From NCBI GenBank assembly GCA_019057795.1, contig JAHLWS010000043.1, positions 1-64,000 on the forward strand: a DNA stretch of 64,000 nt. The letters are read 5' to 3'. Source of the DNA: Promethearchaeota archaeon (GTDB taxonomy: Archaea > Asgardarchaeota > Lokiarchaeia > Sigyniarchaeales > SOKP01). A program made the position numbers and the translations under genes. Positions within the stretch are counted from its first letter, which is position 1. Each line of letters opens with the position of its first letter. Below, piece by piece: positions 10,256-21,147 of the stretch. The notes under the pieces are model-generated. The model made no database searches. It had not been told where the DNA came from and worked only from the letters and a program-made list of their open reading frames with translations.

Positions 10256-12250
10256 CTAGAAGAATCTAGAAAGATTATATTGTTTCGTAATGTGCTTAAC
10301 AGTATCAGGTTTTCTCATTAATTGATTTCTTATTATTTCAACAATTTTACTAGACTTTTCAGTTAAATTTGACGGTTTCTCAGTATTAAAAATTAAAATT
10401 TGATAATCATTTTTTTTCGAAAGATCTCTCAAGAGTAATTTAATATCTTTGTTATCAAAATTATGTAAACTATCAAGAATTAACATATTCAAAGGTTTTA
10501 TTGAAAATTCTTTGTTTATAAAAAGAAATGCTAAAGAAAAAGCTATATCAATTTTTTTTAAAATACCTTGAGATATCTTCTTCTTAGAATCTTTATAATT
10601 AATATGTTTATCCTCAAATTCTATCTTGTCATCATTTTTAAAAATAGAATTAATATATACAAGATTTCCTTTCTCATCAAAATCAATAGCACCAATATTT
10701 TCTTCAGATAGTTCCATTAATATATTATTTGTAATTGAAAAAACTTTTTCTTTTACCTTTATATATATATCCTCTTCATATTTCAGCAGTTTTTCATTTA
10801 ATAACAATAGTGCATCTTGATTAGTTTTTAATTCAATTAATTCATTTTGCTTCTTTACTATTGTATTGCGAATTTCAATATTTTTCTGTTTGATAGTACT
10901 AATTTTGATATTATAGCTAGGAAATCTCTCTTTTGCACTAGTAATCTCCTCTTCGACATTTGCCATGAATTGAATTTCCTTCCAAATCTCTTCTCTAATG
11001 TTTTCTGGTTTAGATATCATGTCCTTTTTATCTATTAAAAACTCATTCATTTGATATTTCAGTTTATTAATTTCATCGATAATGGTATTCTTCCGGTTAA
11101 TAAGATCTGTTAGATCATTTTCAGGTAATACGCTAAATTCTAGTGAATAGTCCTTTTCTCCAATTCCGCAAACGTAACATCTATCAGTCAATACTCTTTT
11201 TTTAAAGTCTTCAAGTAGTATTATTGAATCACATTCAAAACAATAGTTATAAATTATCTGATATAGAGCATCATATTTATCATTTAATAGAGCAGGATTA
11301 AACTTTTCTAACTCTTTAAGTACCTCATTCTTCTTTGCTAATTCATTCCTTTTTGCTCTATAATTTGTTAACTCTTCTTCAGCTTGTTCTTTTATTTTCA
11401 AACTAATTTTTTCAAATTCTTGATTAGCTTGGATCAACTTTACATCGTTATCTACCAAAAATTTGTCTTTTTTGCTGTCTTTCTTTATATTTTTTAATTT
11501 ATATTTGTTTTGACTAATATCCAATTCATAAGCATTAATAAAATCATTAGTTCTTTGAATTTTATTTTCTATTTTTGACAAATTTTTCCTTACTGTTTCA
11601 AACAATTTATTGATAACTGAGATTCTGAATAGTTCTCGAAATTTTTCTTCAGTTATACAAAATTTCGAGACAAATGATTCTCCAGGAATTTCATTTACAA
11701 ACATGGTTTCATTAAGATTATAATCAATCAATAAATGTTGTTTTAAAAATCTTTCAGGATCTTGAATTTCCAATGACTGCTTTACATTACCAGTTTCGTC
11801 TAAAATTAGTTTTGAAATTTGAAATCTTTGACCGTCTAATCCAAAACGGCTATGATATTTTATGGAATATTCTTGGTTTTTATTTTTATCATTAATTAGT
11901 ATTAGTTCAATTTTAGTTACGAGTCGATTAATTGATGTCTTTTCTTTTTGATAATTACAAAAAAAATGAAATAATTTTTCAAAACTTGTTGTTTTACCTG
12001 TGTTATTAACTCCAACTATAATCGTTATGGGTTTTAATTGATCTATAATTACTTTTAAACCTGTATATGGTGTACCTTTATTTTCTTCAATCCAAATTTT
12101 TTTAATTCGGTAATTTGTTAATTCGTAATTTTTCTCGTAGTTGGTGTTAATAATTTCAATTAAATCGTTAACTAATTCTCTTTTAAGATTATCTAACGAA
12201 TTGATCATTTCAATTAATTTCTCTTTTTTAGGTAGATTTAATAATTGCAT
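10256..12250 (-). CDS. SMC/Rad50-like ABC ATPase with coiled coil and Cys hook
   Basis: Walker A GVNNTGKT; CFEC/CYVC at coil apex; ISQG signature; Walker B LILDS. Confidence 0.8.
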   Translation of the reverse strand: MQLLNLPKKEKLIEMINSLDNLKRELVNDLIEIINTNYEKNYELTNYRIKKIWIEENKGTPYTGLKVIIDQLKPITIIVGVNNTGKTTSFEKLFHFFCNYQKEKTSINRLVTKIELILINDKNKNQEYSIKYHSRFGLDGQRFQISKLILDETGNVKQSLEIQDPERFLKQHLLIDYNLNETMFVNEIPGESFVSKFCITEEKFRELFRISVINKLFETVRKNLSKIENKIQRTNDFINAYELDISQNKYKLKNIKKDSKKDKFLVDNDVKLIQANQEFEKISLKIKEQAEEELTNYRAKRNELAKKNEVLKELEKFNPALLNDKYDALYQIIYNYCFECDSIILLEDFKKRVLTDRCYVCGIGEKDYSLEFSVLPENDLTDLINRKNTIIDEINKLKYQMNEFLIDKKDMISKPENIREEIWKEIQFMANVEEEITSAKERFPSYNIKISTIKQKNIEIRNTIVKKQNELIELKTNQDALLLLNEKLLKYEEDIYIKVKEKVFSITNNILMELSEENIGAIDFDEKGNLVYINSIFKNDDKIEFEDKHINYKDSKKKISQGILKKIDIAFSLAFLFINKEFSIKPLNMLILDSLHNFDNKDIKLLLRDLSKKNDYQILIFNTEKPSNLTEKSSKIVEIIRNQLMRKPDTVKHITKQYNLSRFF

Positions 12251-12280
12251 TTGATATCCTCATTTTATTTTCTTAACTTT

Positions 12281-13081
12281 TTATAATTCTCTTCCATATT
12301 GATAAGATGTTATGCCCTTTTCTCTTTCGTATTCTTTTAATTCTGAACTTGTTAATTTTCCTAACTTAAATATAATTTCATTAATTTTCTTAAGAAACTC
12401 TTCTGAAAAATTGTTAATTATTATTCTCTCTGTAATATCTTTTTCATTTTCTAATTTTTTTCTTATTTTATAATTAAGATTCAGAGTATTATCTGAATTT
12501 CTATTTAAGAACTTATTTCCAATATAAATTTCAATTTGATGTGATATTTCTTTACTAAATATTGGACTCAATGCAACAATATAATCATTTTGACTCACCT
12601 TGCCAAACTTCAACATTTCATATTCAATAAAATATAATTCTTTAATGATATTTCCTTTTCCTCTTATTTTTTGAAAATATTCCTCATTTCTAAGTAAAGT
12701 ATATTTTAAAATTCTTTTTTCTAAATTTTTATCAATTATTCTATTCTTTTCATATTTTATTTTTGATATTGCTATTAATTTAATTTCTTTTAGTAGCTCT
12801 CTCTCTTCCAGTTTAATAATCTCTTTTTTTTCAAATTCTTCAAACCATTTGAACATATTATTATAGTCTTCTGCTTGCAAAGCACAAGATATAGCTGAGA
12901 TCCAATGAATTTTCGCGATATGAGGATGTCTTTTATCTAATTCCATTGCTATCTGCTTTTCTATAAGAGCAGCAGCTTTATAATCCTCTTTGGCTTCTTC
13001 ACTTTTACCCATAACTTTAAGAGTGTCAGCTTTAGAAATCAATTTCGATTTTTCAGCAATTAAATTTTGTATTTGATTCAT
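12281..13081 (-). CDS. hypothetical, TPR-like N-terminus plus wHTH/SocA-like C-terminus
   Basis: Helical hairpin (YKAAALIE...WISAISCA) and IIKELYFIEY; middle gene of operon. Confidence 0.6.
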   Translation of the reverse strand: MNQIQNLIAEKSKLISKADTLKVMGKSEEAKEDYKAAALIEKQIAMELDKRHPHIAKIHWISAISCALQAEDYNNMFKWFEEFEKKEIIKLEERELLKEIKLIAISKIKYEKNRIIDKNLEKRILKYTLLRNEEYFQKIRGKGNIIKELYFIEYEMLKFGKVSQNDYIVALSPIFSKEISHQIEIYIGNKFLNRNSDNTLNLNYKIRKKLENEKDITERIIINNFSEEFLKKINEIIFKLGKLTSSELKEYEREKGITSYQYGREL

Positions 13082-13087
13082 TTTCAG

Positions 13088-13657
13088 TTATTTTGATCGT
13101 TCAATTTTTAAATTCTGAATTCTTATCAAATAATGCGTATTATTATAAAAACAAGATACACCCGCAATTCCAAATCTTAAATCCAGTGCTTTAAATATTT
13201 TAAATGATTTATTAATTTGATCTGATGCTTTTCTAGCTTGAGCAGGGCAATTGTATTTACTATTAACTCCTTTTGATTCAAAAATAAAATTATTTAATTC
13301 ACCATAGCAGATATAATCTGCACCATTCACAACTTGAATAACTTCTATATCGTTATAAGCAAAAAATATTGGTATTGTACACATATTTAAGCAAATTGCA
13401 GCCTTTTCCACTATTTCTTTTTCAGAAACACCTTTACATGTTTCTTTTATGATATTTTCCAATATTATGTTAAGTTTTTTTTCTAAGTTTTTTATGGATG
13501 TTTCACATAAATCTAAGTGTGATATTTTTGATTCTTTGCCAGATATTAGACCTAGGCAATTGATCCAAAAATTTTTAGTAAAGTCGGATATATTAGCATT
13601 TCTTTCGTTGAATAATTCTTTGAGAACATCGATTTTAATTAAGTTCATTTTTATCAA
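13088..13657 (-). CDS. putative PD-(D/E)xK nuclease
   Basis: E...GADY...FESKG pattern. Confidence 0.55.
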   Translation of the reverse strand: MIKMNLIKIDVLKELFNERNANISDFTKNFWINCLGLISGKESKISHLDLCETSIKNLEKKLNIILENIIKETCKGVSEKEIVEKAAICLNMCTIPIFFAYNDIEVIQVVNGADYICYGELNNFIFESKGVNSKYNCPAQARKASDQINKSFKIFKALDLRFGIAGVSCFYNNTHYLIRIQNLKIERSK

Positions 13658-14832
13658 TGCTTTTTAGGGAATCTTGTCAAATGTAACTATTTAAAGATCC
13701 ATTTTTATAAAAATCGTTCTTATTTAAAACTATTTCTGATTTTGATATTTTTATTGAAATTTCTATAGATTCCATAATTAAAATTTGTAAAAATACTTTT
13801 TATAAAAAAATAATCTCTTTAGTAAATATGAAAACTAACATTAATCTTAAGTGGAATGATCTTATATCACCAACAATGATTCATAAAGAATACTTAACAC
13901 CCACTATTGATGGTGGTGTGATTACTCGAGCAGAGAATCCAAGTATTACTGCTGAAAAATTTCAAAAAGTTACCTACTCCAAAAAATTGTAATAGTTTCT
14001 AAAGGAATCCCTCCTTCTTAGCTAAATTGGAGATAATTGGTCCAAAACATCTACAAAAAAGCACCATTAAAAGGATTGTTAAGGGAACCGTCCATATGAA
14101 TGGCCTTAAAAGACTATAAGTTAGTGTCCTTACCCCTAATCGAAATATATGATAAAAGATTACATTTAAATCAAGTACCAAAGTACCAACATAGATAGCA
14201 ATTCCATCAATCCTCTTTGGATACTATATTAGGACTCTCTTGTATTTTTTATTTCAACTTTCTATCGAACTATTTTAGCTTAAACGAATACATTATTTCA
14301 TTTTCTAAATACAACCATTAACAGAGAAAAGTGATTATAAAGTTGGATTCGTGTGTCCACGATGTGGATTTAAAAAAGTGAAGTTAAACTAATTTTTTAT
14401 TAAAACCGGGCATTCTATTTAAACTCTTATTTAGATCAATAATAATTAAGAAAAGGGTGCATTCTAAAAGTATGAAGATATTATAATAAGAGTAAATTCA
14501 ATTGAAAAACCATTTCTTATAAGAACATCCTATATTGAAAGGAGTTGGTTAACCGATGAAGAGATTTTTGAAAATAACAAAAAAATAATAGAGAAGAAAT
14601 TTGTTGAATTAAAAAAGAAAACCATAGGATAGTGTCAATTTTGCGGTTCAGAAATGAATTATAAATCAGAAGATAAAACTTGCGGTTTTTATAAAGCTAC
14701 TTTTGAAGAGGAAGAAAATAAAAGAATCAGGAAGTTTTATGATGAATTTAAAGATGTAATTAATTATAATAATGAATTTTAGGAAATTTTAGATAAGGAA
14801 AATAAAATCGATAAAATTTCTTTTTTTTTCGA

Positions 14833-15654
14833 CTATATATCTCTAAGATTCTTTTCTATGAATAAATCTTTCTCAATTTCGAAAATATCGCATAATCCTT
14901 TACTAAATTCATACAAAATTCCAATAATTCTTTTCTCGTCTATTCCTACACCAAGTTTAACCCTACATTGAGCAATTGCCGTTCTATCATTAATCTCAAG
15001 AGGACCATCACGCATTTCAATCTTATCAAGGAGATTGTCATACATAAAGAAATTATATGCTCGAGGGGTGAAACCACTCGTCTCTCTGAATTTAGTAAGT
15101 ATATTGAAGATTTCACCTCGTAAATCTTCTTGAATAGGACCTATAGGTATATCTTTTGATAAATGAACCCGAAACTTATTCTCCCTTTCAAAATATGTCC
15201 ACGATTCTCCTATATTAAGGTCTCTATGAACTATTAGTTTATCTCTTATATTTATGATTTTAAAAAATAATCTACATTCATTTATTAAGATATATTCACG
15301 GTATTTTTGAAACAATTCATTTGCTGATGTAAAAGTTTGATTTCTTAACTGCCTCACATGACTATCAAAAGATCGGTTTGTCAATCCTTTTCCTCGATCA
15401 TCTTTGATATCTCTAAAATAAACATCTACTAAATATCTGATTAGATAATCTAAATAGTACTTAGCAAATATATATAATGATTTTATATCTAATGCGATTT
15501 TAAAGGTAATAACTAAATCAGAATCGATTAGATATTTCTTCTTTTTTTTTCTTATGCGTTTTATTATTATTAATAGAGTATGAATTAATTGATCGAAAGT
15601 ACTCCAACTCTTAAGATGCTCTGTTGGGTGAAGTGGCAATTTAATTGAATCCAT
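14833..15654 (-). CDS. putative HEPN-like protein
   Basis: IRDKLIVH motif. Confidence 0.5.
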   Translation of the reverse strand: MDSIKLPLHPTEHLKSWSTFDQLIHTLLIIIKRIRKKKKKYLIDSDLVITFKIALDIKSLYIFAKYYLDYLIRYLVDVYFRDIKDDRGKGLTNRSFDSHVRQLRNQTFTSANELFQKYREYILINECRLFFKIINIRDKLIVHRDLNIGESWTYFERENKFRVHLSKDIPIGPIQEDLRGEIFNILTKFRETSGFTPRAYNFFMYDNLLDKIEMRDGPLEINDRTAIAQCRVKLGVGIDEKRIIGILYEFSKGLCDIFEIEKDLFIEKNLRDI

Positions 15655-15667
15655 TCTTGAGTACCAT

Positions 15668-17041
15668 TCAAATTCTATTTTTCTTTGATAATAAATCTAT
15701 TGGATCTGAATAAAACATACCATCATTAGTACGATAGTAACCTCGTATTTTTAGCGGGTAATTCCAACCATGTTCAATCATCATTTCTTTAAATGCTTCT
15801 CTTGAAATATAAGCATGACAATCCTCACCATCTTGAAGTTTCCACGGTAATGGAGTGCAAATCGGTCTATGTTCGGGATGAAAAGGTGAAATAACCACTT
15901 TATATTTTTCCTTCACTAGTTCAAAACCATAAGAATTTATTATAATTGGTCTAACTGACTTATTCACAGCTTTAACTCCAATATAAATCTTGTTATTATA
16001 TTCAGGAAATAATGTTGTTCCATTGATACTAACATCTAAATTTTTTACTTGATATTGGTTTTCGACTAATTCTTTTTTGATGGATTGATTAATCTCAATT
16101 TCTTTTTTTAATTTATCGCCCAATCCTAGCTTTTTCTTTATTATAACTAATCTATTCTCATCGATTTCTAAATTTCTCCCTTTGATATTCTTGTAAAGCA
16201 ATAGAAAAGATTTTATTAAATAATTTATAACCTCCTTCCAATTTTCAGCAAAATTTCTATTCACATGACTATGGATTTCATGTACGTTCCAATTTCCAAA
16301 CTTTTGGATTTCTTTTAATTTCTCAATAGTTTTTGAATTTATAGTGTTTTTACTAAAGGAGATAAACTCATTATCTTTTAATTCGTTAAGTAATGAAATT
16401 AATTGAGAAAAATCTCGAATTCGATTTTTATTAGGATTGAAAAATAGCGTCTTATGTTTCCTTGCCAAACTATCTCTAAAAATGTACCATAAAAGGTTCT
16501 CAAAAATTGTTCTTAATAAAATTGGAAGTGTGCGAAATAAAATATCGTCATCGGCAGTTTTATTAATTACTTCCTTAAATTCATCAAATTCTAATAGATC
16601 ATAATCCTTGAACTGAATCTCGATAAATTCAACTTTCTTTATTCTTGCTTTTCTTACAGAATATTTGGATCGAAATTTATCAACAATTTCAGCTAGAGGT
16701 TCCAATTCTCTTATAATTCCCTTAATCTTATATCCATGTTCGTAATGGTAATAACCTTGAGTATTCCACCCTCTGTTGAACTCATTAAAGTTTTTTTCTT
16801 TAATATCCTCTGCTAACCTGATAATTTCGGGTAAAAAGAGGGGATCCTTCAAATTAGCATGAATTAGTCCAAAACTATCTAATATTTCTTTTTCAGGTTT
16901 TAATAGCTTTTCTTGAACTTCTTCATCAAATAGATTTGGAAGCATCTCAAAAAATTTTATAATTTCATTGTATAATTCTTCAAATGGATGTTTTATTAAT
17001 TCTGCAATGATTTTTTTAAGTTCTTCTAAAATAATTCTCAC
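15668..17041 (-). CDS. hypothetical with DUF4145/HEPN-like domain and C-terminal beta domain
   Basis: LLRTIFENLL...FGNWNVH. Confidence 0.55.
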   Translation of the reverse strand: MRIILEELKKIIAELIKHPFEELYNEIIKFFEMLPNLFDEEVQEKLLKPEKEILDSFGLIHANLKDPLFLPEIIRLAEDIKEKNFNEFNRGWNTQGYYHYEHGYKIKGIIRELEPLAEIVDKFRSKYSVRKARIKKVEFIEIQFKDYDLLEFDEFKEVINKTADDDILFRTLPILLRTIFENLLWYIFRDSLARKHKTLFFNPNKNRIRDFSQLISLLNELKDNEFISFSKNTINSKTIEKLKEIQKFGNWNVHEIHSHVNRNFAENWKEVINYLIKSFLLLYKNIKGRNLEIDENRLVIIKKKLGLGDKLKKEIEINQSIKKELVENQYQVKNLDVSINGTTLFPEYNNKIYIGVKAVNKSVRPIIINSYGFELVKEKYKVVISPFHPEHRPICTPLPWKLQDGEDCHAYISREAFKEMMIEHGWNYPLKIRGYYRTNDGMFYSDPIDLLSKKNRI

Positions 17042-17333
17042 CAGTTAAATTTTATATGATTAATTCCATTGATTTTCTTAAAAATCTATAAAAGAGTTGA
17101 TAATATAAATTTTTGGGTTGAATTTATTAAACCTTGGCTTATCTTACTAAAACCTTAAATTTAAACAAAAGATCTTTCATTGTGATAAATAAATTAAGTA
17201 TAAGCATAGAATTAATAATAATATAATCAGTTTAGAGCATTTTGAACATAAATTTATGATTCCTCTTAATCCAGTTCCAGTTTGGAAAAAATTTTTCAAC
17301 TTTATAAATATCGAGAATTAATAGGGGTGTTTT

Positions 17334-18017
17334 TTGATATCGCAAAATAAGATTTTAGATGTACAAATTGATCTTTTATTAAAAGAATTGGAAATTATCC
17401 AATTTAAAATAACCGAATATGATAAGTTATCCTTCAAGATAAAAGGATGGAGTATTACTTTATGGACAGGGATAATCTTATGGGGGATTTATGCGTTACT
17501 TCCTGGCATACTCATCTCTATTATTCAAGGAATAGCGCTATCTATTTTTTGGTTTTTAGACACACTTTTTAAAATATATCAAAGATATCATGTCGTTCGA
17601 CTTGAATGGATTCAGGATTTTGTCAACCAAAAAAATAATTTTGCAGACAGTGGTCTTTTTGATGAAATCAAGAAAGAAAAGATATCAAATCTCCTTTTTT
17701 TTGATGTTAATAGTAGAATGGGATCACAATACAATAATGTGTTTAAAGATCTTTTAAGAAGAAAAACGAATATATTACGTTGTTTGTTTGTTCGAAATAT
17801 TTTCCCTATTTATATTGGATTAATATTAGTTGGAATATATATCGGAATTTATTTAGAAAATTATAATTCTATTGTTCTTATCTCATATGGAATAATTGCT
17901 TCAACTTCTTTTATGATTCTTCTCTTTGCCTTATTGGCCGTTCATAAATACATAATCATCCCATCAGATAAAAAAACGTATGAGTCGCCCAAGAAAGAAG
18001 ATGTAGTAGATCAATAA
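17334..18017 (+). CDS. multi-pass membrane protein (defence-effector-like)
   Basis: SFKIKGWSITL...FWFLD motif; about 4 TM segments. Confidence 0.65.
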   Translation: MISQNKILDVQIDLLLKELEIIQFKITEYDKLSFKIKGWSITLWTGIILWGIYALLPGILISIIQGIALSIFWFLDTLFKIYQRYHVVRLEWIQDFVNQKNNFADSGLFDEIKKEKISNLLFFDVNSRMGSQYNNVFKDLLRRKTNILRCLFVRNIFPIYIGLILVGIYIGIYLENYNSIVLISYGIIASTSFMILLFALLAVHKYIIIPSDKKTYESPKKEDVVDQ

Positions 18018-18112
18018 TTTTAAATCAAAAGAATACGGAAATTTAGTAAGATGACAAAAATCGAATATACTAAAGGTAATTACATATGTCACCATTATAT
18101 ATCTAAATTTTT

Positions 18113-18332
18113 TTATCTAAAAATCCTGAAGTATTTAATCCCAGTGTTAAGCCCGCACACAGCCAAAAGTACGAAAGACGCGATAATAACGCCAATCATC
18201 TTATTTCGATACCGATTACCACCCCAGATTAGGAAAATCATCCCAATTACGAACCCCAATAAGCCTAAAATCGAACCAAGTGCGATTAAATACTCAATTC
18301 CTCCTAAAACCTCTCTAACGATTTATTATCAT
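18113..18332 (-). pseudogene. frameshifted paralog of the 1-215 membrane protein
   Basis: VLGGIEYLIALGSILGLLGFVIG...VCGLNTGIKYFRIFR; nearest ATG is out of frame. Confidence 0.6.
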
Positions 18333-18372
18333 TATCCTATATTTTAAATTCATTAGTAATGGTGATTAGATA

Positions 18373-19845
18373 TTATTTTCTTTTAGAGGGAGGTATATCC
18401 GAAACTTGCATTACGAATATTGCTGTAATTACACCATCTTGCTCGTTTGTCTTAAAATCATAACAATTTTTTACCATATCTGGATTTTTTTTTCTTATTA
18501 CTTCTCTACTGTCGACTACAATCATTACTGCTAATTTAACATCATTAGCATAGCTTTTTACTTGCTGATAATGATCTTTATAGATTCTATCAATAAAATC
18601 ATTAGTCTTCTCGGGATATGTTTTTGCGTTTGTATCTCTTTTCCATTTATCACATATTGGAATTTTCTTATAGTAATGATCACAATCTCCACCTCCTTTT
18701 TTTACTTCTCTCCCTGAATAAAATGAGGGTTCATTTTTTTTCGCTACAAGTGCCGTATTTATTTGTTGTTGCACCCATTTTTGCATATCATCTTCTCCCT
18801 TCCAAGTCGCAACTATATTCTTAAGATAACGTTGTTCATAGTTATAGCTCAAAATGTGATCATGAACAAAATTTAGAACTATTTTCCAATCTTCAAAATC
18901 TATTCCCTTGTATTTTAGTGTTGGATATCTTATTACTAACTTCTCTATGCTATTATTTAGAATTGTCTTATTATCTAGAAAAAAGCTATCAAGATAATCA
19001 ATATATTCCATTCCGCTTTCTTTTTTCAATAATTCTTTTTCGATAAACTCCATTTTATCAATAGAAGATAGAGAATATCCTTTAAATCCAAAAGACTTAA
19101 GTAAAGGTTCAAAAAAATTTATTTGGTAAGGTAACCCATAGATTCCTCCATAATGAGTCGTAGGCTTTGCAAAAACCTTTAAATTCTCTCTACTCTCCTT
19201 ATAATATTTCAAAGACTGTTTTGCGCTATCTAGCAAATCGTTTCTACCTCCTTTTATTAACAGTAATTGGATAATTAAATGTAGGTCTCCCATTACTTCA
19301 CACCAGATAAAGAGTTCCTCGTGGTCATTTTCTTTAACATAGTATGTAATTGTGTAATACAATCCCCTTTTTGCATATTCCAAATCATTGATTATAATGT
19401 TAATTTTTTCATTACTTGTATTTCCAAATTTCTCCAACTTAAAACCTTCTTCTTTAATTTCCTCATAATCGTATCTTATAAAATATCTGTACTTCAATCC
19501 AACATCCATAAAGAATCCATCGTTGGCTTCTATTGCATAATTCTGTTTTATGATTTGAAGACATTTTTCACGATAATAAATAAAGTTCCACAAATAATCT
19601 TTTTCTAACTGTTTATAATATTCTTCTTTTGATGTATTTGTGAAAATAGCAGATTCTTCAGCGTATCCCCAAAATAATAACTTATATTTTTCGGACAATT
19701 GCCAATAAACATTAGCTTTATCTTCCGTATTACTTGTATTAGCTAGCTTTTCTTTGAGGATACCAATCTCATTTCTATCTTCTTCATATAGTTCATTTTT
19801 AATTTTTTCTCTTGTTAATTTCCATTCCTCCACATTTATCACCAA
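18373..19845 (-). CDS. helical-repeat protein with C-terminal REase-like (PD-(D/E)xK) domain
   Basis: REVKKGGGDCD...CDK...QQVKSY. Confidence 0.55.
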   Translation of the reverse strand: MVINVEEWKLTREKIKNELYEEDRNEIGILKEKLANTSNTEDKANVYWQLSEKYKLLFWGYAEESAIFTNTSKEEYYKQLEKDYLWNFIYYREKCLQIIKQNYAIEANDGFFMDVGLKYRYFIRYDYEEIKEEGFKLEKFGNTSNEKINIIINDLEYAKRGLYYTITYYVKENDHEELFIWCEVMGDLHLIIQLLLIKGGRNDLLDSAKQSLKYYKESRENLKVFAKPTTHYGGIYGLPYQINFFEPLLKSFGFKGYSLSSIDKMEFIEKELLKKESGMEYIDYLDSFFLDNKTILNNSIEKLVIRYPTLKYKGIDFEDWKIVLNFVHDHILSYNYEQRYLKNIVATWKGEDDMQKWVQQQINTALVAKKNEPSFYSGREVKKGGGDCDHYYKKIPICDKWKRDTNAKTYPEKTNDFIDRIYKDHYQQVKSYANDVKLAVMIVVDSREVIRKKNPDMVKNCYDFKTNEQDGVITAIFVMQVSDIPPSKRK

Positions 19846-19986
19846 ACTTAATTGAATTATGTAAGTTAGACTCTTATAAAACTATCATCATTAATAAGGT
19901 AAAAATTTCTCTGATAGTCAGATTTTTATGTTTATACTCCTCCTTTATATTAAAGGAATTCATGTAAAATGTAATGTGTTATTGAA

Positions 19987-20328
19987 ATGCAACCAAATTC
20001 AGAAAAAACTAAAATTTTTTTTAAGAGATTGTTTCAATCAATTACTCAAGTTGATTGGGAAAAGTTGCAGACTGAGGTAGAAAACCCCAAAGAAGATTTG
20101 AAGAATCATAATTCTGGAGTATTATTATGGGCAAAAGAAGAATTGTTTAACGCCAACGAGGATTTAGGCTACTATCTTTTCGTTAAAAGCTTGAACGAGC
20201 TTTTAGTAGTGTCGGTGAACTCTCCAAAACCTTACAATTCTCCCAAAACGAAGGACAAAAATCCCATCGTTACCTCTCCTCAGGTTGAACTTTGGAAGTA
20301 TTACTCCCCCATAGGACCTCCACAGTAA
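19987..20328 (+). CDS. hypothetical protein
   Basis: 113-aa ORF, possibly N-terminal remnant of the downstream gene. Confidence 0.4.
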   Translation: MQPNSEKTKIFFKRLFQSITQVDWEKLQTEVENPKEDLKNHNSGVLLWAKEELFNANEDLGYYLFVKSLNELLVVSVNSPKPYNSPKTKDKNPIVTSPQVELWKYYSPIGPPQ

Positions 20329-20409
20329 ACTGAAGATTCAAGAAAAAACCAAGACTCCTACCTTGCCGTCCATCCTTTTGGTCAATTAATTTCTTCTAAA
20401 GAAGGTCGT

Positions 20410-20703
20410 TTGGCGTTAAATTTTCTTATGGGGTTTTATGATGGAGATGGAAATTATCGTGGAGGGATGTCTGCGAGAATCTTAAATTCAAAGAAAACAT
20501 TTCTGGAGGAAATTGTTGATTTATTTGATATCCCAAATAAAGTAAATATAAATTCTAAATATTCCATTGATAAAAAAACTTATAAAATTATCTGGAAAAC
20601 AGGATACCAATTGCACCTAGGTACAGATTTATTTAATCAAATGCTACTTTCATATGAAAACAGTCTACAAAGAAAAAGACCAGAGAATTATAAAAAATTT
20701 TGA
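20410..20703 (+). pseudogene. LAGLIDADG-domain fragment
   Basis: FLMGFYDGDG motif; only C-terminal half present. Confidence 0.7.
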
Positions 20704-20824
20704 AATTTCTTTATTATTTTCTTGAAAAGGATTAAAATTTATTTATAATTTAGAAATGAAAGTTTTTTTACTCAGTGTTTTTATAATAAAATTACTAACC
20801 AGTATAATTATAAGGTAGATTAAT

Positions 20825-21121
20825 ATGTCAAAAATGCAAGTTCCAATAGTAATATCAAAAACTGATTGTCATAGATGTGCAGAATTGAAAGAATGGCTTC
20901 ACAAGCATGATGTTAAATACATTGAACGAGATATAAACGACGAAGAATTCGTTCACAATCTACTACACGACGATAATTTTCTAAAAACTTTCTGTGACGC
21001 TGATGGGTGCATCGTAAATACGCCTGTTGTAATAATGAATGGAAAATATTGGTTCAAAGAACTCTGGGGCATTTCTGGTCTCAGAGAAAAAGAAGCTAAG
21101 AAATTGTTTGGAGTTAAATAA
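20825..21121 (+). CDS. glutaredoxin-like protein
   Basis: CHRC, NTPVV. Confidence 0.85.
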   Translation: MSKMQVPIVISKTDCHRCAELKEWLHKHDVKYIERDINDEEFVHNLLHDDNFLKTFCDADGCIVNTPVVIMNGKYWFKELWGISGLREKEAKKLFGVK

Positions 21122-21147
21122 TTTTTTTTTAATTTTTTTATTTAGTT

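Noticed and set aside
13800-14800. Several short ORFs and Cys pairs
   Set aside because: Fragmented, with no consistent frame; probably decayed DNA
18312-18360. Possible intron explaining the broken start of the 18113 gene
   Set aside because: Local pairing exists but has no 3-nt bulge geometry
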